A program made the translations under genes and the position numbers. The notes under the pieces are model-generated. The model saw nothing but the letters and a program-made list of their open reading frames with translations. It ran no database searches and was not told where the DNA came from. This document shows positions 1 to 9,885 of a stretch of DNA of 64,000 nucleotides, piece after piece (within the stretch, counting starts at the first letter, position 1; each line of letters starts with the position of its first letter). The DNA comes from Heterodontus francisci (taxonomy: Eukaryota): contig NC_090399.1 in NCBI RefSeq assembly GCF_036365525.1, positions 46,470,430-46,534,429 on the forward strand. Reading direction: 5' to 3'.

Positions 1-1450
1 CTGTCTGGGTAAAGGTCAGGCCTTTTCCCAGTAAAAGGGATCTAGTGGCCCCTGTATCCCTGAGGATTACTATGGGCTTGCTTGCCCCACTCGAGAGGCA
101 TGGGGTTACTCTCCCTTCAGACACAAAATCGATAACCTTCAGGAATCCTATTAAATTTTCCTGTATGTTTTCTGGGCCTTGCTACTGCTGCATTTAAAGC
201 CACAGCTTGTTCTGCTGTACTTTCCATCAGGGTCCCACGTCCTGTACTGAGCGGGTGTGCCCTGATTAACCCTACAGGCTTTCCCTGTAGTTTCCAGCAG
301 GCAGCTCTCAGATGACCTGCCTTATTACAATGGAAGCACACAGATCTCCAGGTCTCACTCCGACTTACAGCACCTTCCTTTTTGGCTGGAGGAGGGCCCC
401 CAGTGTCTCCTGCTTTTCTTTCTCTCCCAGGATTGATTAGGCTCCCATCACCTTCCCACCGTTTGTCCTTTTCGGATTTGTGGGGGTAACTAGGAAAGGT
501 TTTCCCCAGGGAACTGACTTGTATATGAGAGAAAACTCATCAGCCATAACTACGGCTTGCCTCGCTCTGTGCACTTTTTGTTCCTCCACATGGGTCTTTA
601 TGGAGAGGGGGAGAGAGTTTTTAAATTCCTCTGGCAAAATCACCTCTCTGAGGTTTTCATTGCTGGGCTGCACGTTAAGAGCCCTCAACCACTGGTCAAA
701 GTTCAGCTACTTACTTCTCTTAAACTCCAAGTAAGTTTGATCAGCTTGTTTCCTGAAGATTCGGAACTTCTGGTGATAGGCTTCCGCTACTAGCTCATAT
801 GTCCCGAAGATTGCATTTTTTGTCAGTTCACAATTTTATGAACTTTCATCTGGCAACAGGGAATAAACCTCATGGGCTTGTCCTGTTAACTTACTTTGCA
901 ACAGAAGAGTCCAAAACTCAGACAGCCATTTTAACTGCTTTGCCAGTTTTTCTTTCAAAAGATACAAAAATGCTTCCACCTCTACCTCATTGAATTTTGG
1001 AATCAATTGGGAAAATTTTAAAAATTCTGCACACAGCCCTGCACGACTTATATTTTCTATGCTTTCACTGGGGTTACTGTGTTGCCCCCTAGCTAACTCA
1101 GCTCTCTTTTCTCCCGTTCCTTCTGTAAATTTCTTTCTTTCTTTCTTTCTCTCTCTCTCCTGCCTTTCTCTTTCCCTGTCTTCCAATTAAAATTTCCTCT
1201 GATCCAGTTGTATCTTTACTAGCAATACCCTGTCGGAGTCTATTGCTCGCCCTGTATCTGCTTCTTCAGATCGAGGGAAAAATGGTTGGCCATTCGTGTT
1301 AGGAGTGTTAGGACTTCCTAACCTTGCCACGTACAGTGATCCCAGACTGCTAAGAGAAACTCCTCGACGCTTCCGTAGACAGTGCTTTTAACTAATCCCA
1401 AGTTACTTCACCCTGACTTGGGGAGCTACTGGCTTCAGTCACGGACATGT
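1..1450 (-). mobile_element. Gypsy/Gmr1-like LTR retrotransposon internal region (degenerate gag-protease), running off the window start
   Basis: Minus-strand fragments: gag LIPKFNEVEVEAFL...WTLLLQSKLTGQAHEVYSLL (836-1186), SCAN-like ENLREVILPEEFKNSLP (437-688), CCHC knuckle CFHCNKAGHLRAAC (117-341), and aspartic protease IVILRDTGATRSLL (about 30-75). Frameshifts and stops are present. Confidence 0.85.
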
Positions 1451-1585
1451 TCATATTCTAGCACACACAAACCACAAGAAGACCTGTAGTGAAATATTTG
1501 CTCTTTTTGATTGGGATCAATTTGACTTCCCACTCCCAATTTCCTTCCAATCTGGTCAAATCTGGGATGCTAGCCCCCAAACTTC

Positions 1586-2560
1586 TGTTCTGACCAGATG
1601 AGGAAGGGATCTAGGACTCCCCTCTCAGCCTTTTCCTGGTTTGGCCGTAACAGGGTTTAACTTTTAAAATAGTGTTTTTAACTCCTCTCAGTGAGTCCTT
1701 GCTCACTGCTCTATAATTGTAATGGCAAAGAAATCAAGCTGACAGGTTTTCTCAGATTTAAACAAGAAAGGTGTAAGTTTAGTAATCTTAAAACTCTAGT
1801 TCAGTTAAAACTACTAAAAATACATGAGACGACTGTGCCAGCATGCATACGCGATAAATACACACGCAAATAGAGACAGAGGAGGAGAAAGAATTAAAGG
1901 GGAAAGATTTGAAGTAAGAGATGGAGTTTAGTTACTGGTTTTGAGTTGGATGTAAAGTCTTTGATTGAAGTTAAGTCTTGTAGTTCTCGTTGGGGCACAG
2001 TGCACACTTTCAAACTTGTTTTGCTGGTCTTCTGTCTTGAGGTTTAAGTTTCTTCTGTGGGTCCCTGGAACTTTGTGTGAGAGAGAGAGACAGAGAAGTA
2101 GTGCTCTCTTCTTGAAGTTCAATTGCAGTCTCTTCTAATTGTTCTGTGAGCACCATTCAAATAACTCCAGGTTGGCCAGCAGGTTAGTCATGTGACGAGC
2201 TCCCTGCCACAGCCTCTCCTGCGAGGTTTGTGGATTCCTCCAAGCTAACCGGACACTCACAGAGGGGTCAGGTGGGGTTGGGGGGGGGGGGGGGGTGGGG
2301 GAGTGGATTTGAATGCTACCCCTTACACAGTCAATGACTCTCAGAACGACTTTTGATCATCATTATTGATAAACCCATCTGGCTAATTGAATCTGGGAAT
2401 ACTCCCCTTGTCTCTCCATGGCATTGTCTTTTAGAATGCAGCTATGTTTTCTGCCACTGTTCTGTGGTCTTTTTAAAACAAGTTATGTTCAATGTCCAGG
2501 AGGAGTTCAATTAGTTTTCCATATGAAAAAATTAATATTTTCCATTTGGCAGGTGTCACA
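1586..2560 (-). mobile_element. LTR of the Gypsy/Gmr1-like element
   Basis: Termini read TGT...ACA on the minus strand (TGTGACAC at 2560; TCAGAACA at 1586). Followed by PBS-like TGGGGGCT (about 1571-1579, resembling a tRNA-Pro PBS) and preceded by purine GGAGG. Contains a G-run at about 2270-2300. Confidence 0.65.
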
Positions 2561-4314
2561 CCTCCAGATCTGGCTGAATGAAATATGACATTCAGGGAAC
2601 ATTTCATGATAAAGTAGAAAGAGAAGAAAGTACAGAAAAACACATATGCATTTCTCTCATTCATTCTCATTCATTCAGAAATCTTAAAAATTGTTATGAA
2701 TTGTCTTTCCTTTGTAGCAGTGCTGCTTCAAACTGCCCCTTTTCTCTTGAGATGGGTCTGAGATAGTTATGTGTTGCCCAAGGGGTTTAAAGTTTCTTCA
2801 CTGTCAGCCTGCAATACCTTGGGAATAAGCATGTGATTTTTGGGGAGGTTTGCTTTTCACACATTTCCATGACTGTCTCGGGTGCCTTTGTTCCTGTTGA
2901 GGTCTGTAGGGGGAGGGTTAGATTTAATTAGCCCGAGTTGGGATTTCTGATGAGCACTGGGTGGATCCATTCTGATCACTCTTTCAGTGCTCTGATGACC
3001 ACCTTAGGCGCTGGTTGGTTCTCTTTCCTCTTGACTGTGTGGGAAGATTCCTTGCTAACCTTTCCTTTGTCCTCTGGGACACTCCTGCTTGCAGATATTT
3101 GTCAAGATTCTGCTGTACTCCCCTGCGGCACTTCGACGAGGTGAGGCACCACGCTCACAGCTTCTCTGCCTTCTTGAGGACTTTGTTTGTCTCTACAGGT
3201 TCTTATAAGTGCTGTTCGCAACTCTGTTGAGGCACTTCTGTTGTCTGCATTTACATTGGAGGATGTGGGAAACACGGAGCTCACAGCAGGAGAAGCCTAT
3301 TTAGTGCTGGGCCATGAAGCAGATGAAGCAGGTTCTAGATGTCTGTTGTTCTGTTGATACTTTTGTTAATTTGGTTGATGTTGTGGTCGCTGTTGTTACT
3401 GTATGTTTAACAGCCCCACCATTTGTGATTGATGCTGTCCCTGTATTTCCAGCTGCTCCACAGAGACACTCGGAGCTCACTGTTCACTGGCACTCACACC
3501 TGCTCTGTTCCCTCGAGTCATAGTGACTGTTCCGATCCACACGAATCAAATCCGGACTTGAAATGTTCTCCAAGGAAGTGAAACATGATTGAGTCCCAGA
3601 CCACTGATTGCTGACAGGGCAGTGTTGTTTCTGTGCTCTGGTGTATTGTCTCTTTTCACACTCTGTTGGGAAGTTGATTGGTTTGTGGATACTTTCTCTG
3701 ATGTGGTCGAAAAGTCTTACAAAACCATTATCATGTAGTTAATTGTCACAAGGTCTTACCCTGTTTGTCTTTTTCTGATTGGTCATTGGCACAGTTTCTG
3801 TGCTGAGATGGCTGCCAGTTTTTTTATAAACCCCTCCCTCCCTAACTCTCTCCTCAATGTGAAAATAATCTGCTGTTCTCAACAAATGACAGGAAATATT
3901 GAATATAATTGAACATCACATGGATTCCATTTGCACTGAAACCAGCAGTTCCTATATTCCTATGTTAATCCTGAGGCCTTGAAGAGAGAGATTACTGCAA
4001 GTCCCCACATGTATCAGTGCAGACAAGGCAGAGTCTGAAACTGCAACACATGGCTGGATCTTTATGAATGAGCTTGCAGCACGGGCGATCCAACCCCTGC
4101 CATTGGTCCATGCAGTCGGAAGGAGCAGCAGGACGTAGCCAATGGCAGGTTTGAAATCTGCCTTCTAAATGCTGAGGTTTCCGAGCCCTCTGGTGAGATA
4201 GCCCGAGGGGCAGAATTTCACTTCAAAATCACCTCCCGCAATAAATTTGTGAGATTTGTCATGCGTGAAATAGAAGCAGGTTTATCTCTCAGCACTGGGC
4301 AAAGACCACACAGT

Positions 4315-6710
4315 TCAACAAATAACATGCATTTATATAGCGCCTTTCAGAGAGTAAAACATCCCAAGGTGCTTCACAGGAGCGTTTATCAAACAGAATT
4401 TGACACCGAGCCACGCAAGGAGATATGAGGACAGATGACCAAAATCTTGCTGAGGTATGTTTTAAGGGACCTTTTAAAGGAGGAGAGATATGTAGAAAGT
4501 TGGAGAGATTTTTGAGGGGGAATTTCAGAGCTTAGGGAGCAGACAGTTAAAGACACATTGCTAATGGTGGAGTGATTAAAATCAGGGATTCATTCATGGA
4601 ATGTGACTGTCGCTGGCAAGGCCAACACTTTTTCCCATCTTTATCTGCCTTTGAGAAGGTGGTGGTGAGCTGCTTTCTTGAACCACTGCAGTCTGTGTGA
4701 TGTAGATACCCACAGTGCTGTTAGGAAGGGAGTTGCAGGATTTTGAACAGGTGACAGTGCAGGAACGGTGGTATAGTTCCAAATCAGAATGGTGTGTGAT
4801 TGGGAGGGAACTGCAGTTGGTGGTGTTCCTATGCACTTGTCCTTCGAGGAGGAAGAGGTCGTGGATTTGGAAGGCGCTGTCAAAGGAGCCTTGGTGAGTT
4901 GCTGCAGTGCATCTTGTAGATGGTACACACTGCTGCCACTGTGCGTCAGTGGTGGAGGGAGTGAATGTTTGTGGATGGGATGCTTTTGAAGCAGGATGCT
5001 TTGTCCTGGATGGTGTTGAGCTTCTTGAGTATTGCTCAATCATCCAGACAAGTGGAGAGTATTCCATCACACTCCTGACATGTGCCTTGTAGATGGTGGA
5101 CAGGCTTTGGGGAGCCAGGAGGTGAGTTACTCACCACAGAATTCCCAGTATCTGACCCATCTTGTAGCCACAGTATTAATATCAGAGAATCACTGAACCA
5201 CAGAATTGTTACAGCACAGAAGGAGGCCATTCGGCCCATCGTGTCTGCTCCAGCTGTCCTAATGAGCAATTCACTTAGTGCCATTCTCCCGACTTCACCC
5301 CATAACCCTGTACATTCTTGCTTTTCATGAAACTATTTTGAACTTTTGAACCTCGATTGAATCTGCCTCCATTACACTCTCAGTCAGTACATTCCAGATC
5401 CTAACCACTGACTGAGTGAAAAAGGTTTTCCTCATGTCATCAAATGTCTGGTCCAGTTCAGTTTCTGGTTAACGGTAATCCCCAGGATGTTGAGAGTGGA
5501 GGATTCAACGATGGTAATGCCGTTGAATGTCAAGTGGAGATGGTTAGATTCTGTCTTGTCGGAAATGGTCATTATCTGGCACTTGTGTGGTGCGAATGTT
5601 ACTTGCCATTTATCAGCCCAAGTCTGAAAGTTATCCGTGTCTCGCTGCTTGTGGACACGGACTGCTTCAGTCTCTGACGAGTCATGAATAGGACTGAACA
5701 TTGTGCAATCATCAGTGAACATCCCCACTTCTGACATTTATGATGGAGGGAAGGTCATTGATGAAGCAGCTGAAGATGGTTGATCTAGGAAACTACTCTG
5801 AGGATACCCTGCAGTGATGTCATGTAAATCCAACCATTGGAGAGTTTTCCACTTTGTTCCCATTGACTCCACTGTTGCTAGGGCTCCTTGATGCCACATT
5901 CAGTCAGATGCTGTCTTGATGTCAAGGGCAGTCACTCTCACCTCACGTCTATTCCATGTTTGAACCCAGGCTGGAACGAGGTCTGGAGCTGATTGGCCCT
6001 GGCGAATTTGGAGGAGTGCAGGTATCTCAGCGGGCTTAGAGCTGGAGGAGATTGCAGAGATAGGGAGGGGCAAGGCCATGGAGGGATTTGAAAACAAGGA
6101 AGAGACATTAAAACAGAGGCATTGATTGATCGGGAGTCAATCTCAGTCAGCAAACATGGGGTGATGGGTAATCGGGACTTGGTGCGAGTTAGGACATGGG
6201 CAGGAGAGTTTTGAATGAATTGAAGTTTATGTCGGGTGGAATTGGGAGTCTGAGCAGGAGTGCATTGGATTAGTCAGGAACAGAGGGAACAAAAGAATGA
6301 GAGAGTTTCAGCAGCAGATAAGCTGAGACAAGAGCGGAGTTGGATGATGTTGGGGAGGTGGAAATAGGCCGTCTTAATGGTGGCATGAAAGAAGGTCAGA
6401 AGTTCATCTCGGGGTCAAATGCAAAGTCTGGGATCAGCCTGGGATAACTTCCAGGGAGAGGGATGGAGTCGGTAGCGAGGGAATGGAGTTTGTCATGGGG
6501 ACCAAAGACAATGGTTAAGGTTTTCCCAATGTTTGGTTGCAGGAATTTTCTGCTCATCCAGTACTGGATGTCGGATAAGCAGTCTGATAGTTTCAACACA
6601 GTGGAGGGGTCGAGAGAAGGGGTGGTGAGGTAGAGCTGAGTGTTGTCAGGGTACGTGTGAAAACTAATGCTGTGCTTTTGGATAATGTTGCTGAGGGGCA
6701 GCAAGTTGCT
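4315..6710 (-). mobile_element. L2-type LINE remnant (RT 3' part and 3' end), interrupted by a nested LINE
   Basis: ORF 6396-6704 MLPLSNIIQKHSISFHTYPDNTQLYLTT resembles the L2 RT YADD region. L2-like 3' end reads ...CATTTATATAGCGCCTT on + near 4330. Confidence 0.7.
4592..6003 (-). mobile_element. CR1-group LINE fragment nested in the L2, with a further small CR1 3' piece at about 5184-5435
   Basis: ORFs with GMFTDDCT (FADD motif), WADKWQVTFAPHKCQ and MEYSPLVW. Confidence 0.75.
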
Positions 6711-7034
6711 GGGAAATAGGAGGAGGACAAGGATCGATCCTGAGGATTGACAGTGCAGGAATAGGAAGAGGAGCCATTGATGGTGATTCAGTGGATTCGA
6801 TTAGATTGAGAAGAAGGCAGACGAGTATTGTCACATCCAGCTGGTTCCTGTGCCTTCTGACCACTTCCTGAAGATACTGTCATATCACATTTGATGCTAA
6901 AATAGGAGATGCAGAGCAAAAGTGGCAGAAAATAAATATTATTAAAATTCTGAAATTGTAATACAAGTATAAGGAAAGGAAGGGTTTGAAATGGGAGAGC
7001 TGGAGCACAGCAAGTAAAAATGAACAATTTATTT

Positions 7035-7676
7035 GCACAGTTGGAGGGTCAGTACTGAGGGAGTGCTGTACAGTCAGAGGGTCAGTACTGAGGGAGTGCT
7101 GCACCGTCGGAGGGTCAGTACTGAGAGAGTGCTGCACTGTCGGAGGGGCAGTACTGAGGGAATGTTGCACTGTCAGAGGGTCAGTATTGAGGGAGTGCTG
7201 CACTGTCAGAGGGTCAGTGCTGAGTGAGTGCTGCACCGTCGGAGGATCAGTACTGAGAGAGTGCTGCACTGTCAGAGGGGCAGTACTGAGGGAGTGCTGC
7301 ACTGTCAGAGGGGCAGTACTGAGGGAGTGCTGCACTGTCAGAGGGTCAGTATGGAGGGTGTGCTGCACCGTCGGAGGGTCAGTACTGAGGGGCTGCTGCA
7401 CTGTCAGAGGGTCAGTATTGAGGGAGTGCTACACTGTCAGAGGGTCAGTACTGAGGGAGTGCTGCACTGTCAGAGGGGCAGTACTGAGGGAGTGCTGCAC
7501 TGTCAGAGGGGCAGTACTGAGGTTGTGCTGCACTGTCCGGAGGGGCACTACTGAGGGCGTGCTGCACTGTCTGGAGGGGTGGTACTGAGGGAGTGCTGCA
7601 CTCTCCGGAGGGGCAGTACTGAGGGACTGCTGCACTGTAGGGGGTCAGTACTGAGGGAGTGTTGCACTGTCAGAGG
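7035..7676 (+). repeat. 33-bp minisatellite (GTCAGAGGGTCAGTACTGAGGGAGTGCTGCACT), about 19 copies
   Basis: Direct tandem units; 11-aa periodicity (QHSLSTDPLTV) in the spurious ORFs. Confidence 0.95.
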
Positions 7677-7679
7677 TGC

Positions 7680-8410
7680 CCCCCTTTTAATATTGACCTC
7701 TTAAGTTTAAACTGCCTTTCCTCATTCTTCCTTCCAAAATACATGAGTTCACACTTCTCTGCATTAAAACTCAGCTGCCGTATGCCTGCCCATTTCACCA
7801 GTCTGTCTAATGCAATCTTGGCCATTATCTCTGTGGGGTAAGGGGTGCTGGAATACAAAGTGGTGGATGTTATACATCAGTTGTACTGAATCTTGGTCAG
7901 ATCCCACCTGGTTCAGTTCAATCTGTGAACAGCATCTCAGAGAAGATCATTTTTCCTTGGAGAGGGTGCAGGGCAGGTTCACCAGAGAGATATATTGGCT
8001 TAAAGGGATGTTACCTCAACTTGGCTTGTATTCCCTGGATTATAGAAGTTTGAGTGGTGATCTAAATGAGATTTTTTAAGATTAAAATAGTGTTGATACA
8101 GGAAAATGATTCCCTGTGGTGGGCAATCAAGAATGAGGGGGTATAATCTTAATATTAGAGCTTGGCTGTTTAGGAGGGAAATCAGGAAATTTTTTTTGCA
8201 CATAAACTGTCGAAAACATCTGGAACTCATTCCTCCAATGGATGTTGGACAATTGAAGTTTTTAAAACTGAGAGCAATATTTTTTATTGGCTAATGGAAT
8301 AAGGGATTTGGAGAAAAGCTGGGAAAATGGAATTAAGGTGCAGGTCAGCAATGATCTAATTGAATGGTGTAGCTGGCAGAGGGGCTGAATGGCCTCCCTC
8401 AGTTCCAAAT
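7680..8410. mobile_element. Degenerate CR1 LINE fragments (short - piece then + 3' piece)
   Basis: LDRLVKWA...FNAEKCELMYFGRKN on -; LERVQGRFTR and GYNLNIR...FRREIRKFF on +. Confidence 0.7.
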
Positions 8411-8486
8411 GTTGTTCCCTCTTGTCACTTTCTGTGTCAAACTTTTATCCTCCCTGGCAATTGTTGAAGGAACTATGAGTTTTTAT

Positions 8487-8650
8487 CTGATTGGATAATT
8501 TATGATGTTTGAAAAATTTATTTTTGTCCCCAAGTCACAGTCTGGACCTGAGTCACATCCTGTTTTTATTCTGATTGGCTCCATGGAATGGTCTTGCCCA
8601 ATCAGTACAGAGGTTTCTGAGCAAATGGAATAATTCGCTGGTTTAATACA
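8487..8650 (+). promoter_or_regulatory. Putative MHC class I promoter: X2-like/AP-1 TGAGTCA, Y box CTGATTGG, extra CCAAT boxes, TATA-like TTTAATA
   Basis: TGAGTCA at 8549-8555 is followed 15 nt later by CTGATTGG at 8571-8578. Further CTGATTGG near 8487, CCAATCAG near 8598 and TTTAATA near 8642. Lies directly upstream of the class I gene. Confidence 0.6.
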
Positions 8651-8660
8651 GTCAGGAAAT

Positions 8661-9757
8661 GACACAACTCACAGACTGAGAGACACATTATCAGTACAGG
8701 ACACGGGTCACAGACTGAGAGACACAGTATCAGTACAGGACACGGTCACAGACTGAGAGACACAGCATCAGTACAGAACACGGGTCACAGACTGAGAGAC
8801 ACAGTATCAGTACAGGGCACAACTCACAGACTGAGAGACACAGTATCAGTACAGGACACGGGTCACAGACAGAGAGACACAGTATCAGTACAGGACACAG
8901 CTCACAGACAGAGAGACACAGTATCAGTACAGGACACAGCTCACAGACTGAGAGACACAGTATCAGTACAGGACACAGGTCACAGACTGAGAGACACAGT
9001 ATCAGTACAGGACACGGGTCACAGACTGAGAGACACAGTATCAGTACAGGACACAGGTCACAGACTGAGAGACACAGTATCAGTACAGGACACGGGTCAC
9101 AGACCGAGAGACACAGTATCAGTACAGAACACGGTCACAGACTGAGAGACACAGCATCAGTACAGGGCACAACTCACAGACTGAGAGACACAGTATCAGT
9201 ACAGGACACGGGTCACAGACAGAGAGACACATTATCAATACAGGGCACAGCTCACAGACTGAGAGGCACAGTATCAGTACAGGGCACAGCTCACAGACTG
9301 AGAGGGACAGTATCAGTACAGGACACGGGTCACAGACTGAGAGACACAGTATCAGTACAGGGCACAGCTCACAGACTGAGAGACACAGTATCAGTACAGG
9401 ACACAGCTCACAGACTGAGAGACACAGTATCAGTACAGGACACGGGTCACAGACTGAGAGACACAGTATCAGTACAGGACACGGGTCACAGACCGAGAGA
9501 CACAGTATCAGTACAGGACACAACTCACAGACCGAGAGACACAGTATCAGTACAGGACACGGGTCACAGACTGAGAGACACAGTATCAGTACAGGACACG
9601 GGTCACAGACCGAGAGACACAGTATCAGTACAGGACACAACTCACAGACCGAGAGACACAGTATCAGTACAGGACACGGGTCACAGACTGAGAGACACAG
9701 TATCAGTACAGGACATGGGTCACAGACCGAGAGACACAGTATCAGTACAGGACACAG
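8661..9757 (+). repeat. 39-bp VNTR (ACAGACTGAGAGACACAGTATCAGTACAGGACACGGGTC), about 28 copies
   Basis: Homogeneous tandem units ending about 80 bp before the ATG; 13-aa periodicity in the antisense ORF 9119-9640. Confidence 0.95.
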
Positions 9758-9836
9758 TTTACTGACTGCGAATTGATGCTCCCTGGAAAAGGATTTTCCA
9801 CAGACTTCTCCTCATAGGCTGTCGAAGGAAGCAACA

Positions 9837-9885
9837 ATGATTGGTCTGATTGTGCTGGTCCTTCTATGTGGAGGGGGCTCTGCTG
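9837..9885 (+). CDS. MHC class I exon 1, signal peptide [16 protein letters not shown]
   Basis: ACAATGA start context, hydrophobic leader, G|GTGAGT donor, phase 1. Confidence 0.88.

Larger units (their letters stand above)
3269..8049 (+). repeat. Segmental (tandem) duplication copy A; paralog at 52456-64000
   Basis: Starts GAAACACGGAGCTCACAG at both 3269 and 52456. Colinear homology continues to TATTCCCTGGATTATAGAAG at 8049 and 64000. Confidence 0.95.

Noticed and set aside
6880-7635. Cys-rich or zinc-finger-like ORFs (also 61573-63793)
   Set aside because: Translations of the 33-bp minisatellite, open in several frames on both strands.
7035-9757. 33-bp and 39-bp repeats as CRISPR arrays
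   Set aside because: Head-to-tail units with no unique spacers, no cas genes and a vertebrate context.
9784-9800. NF-kB/enhancer A site (AGGATTTTCC)
   Set aside because: One mismatch to the consensus and no supporting context; could arise by chance.
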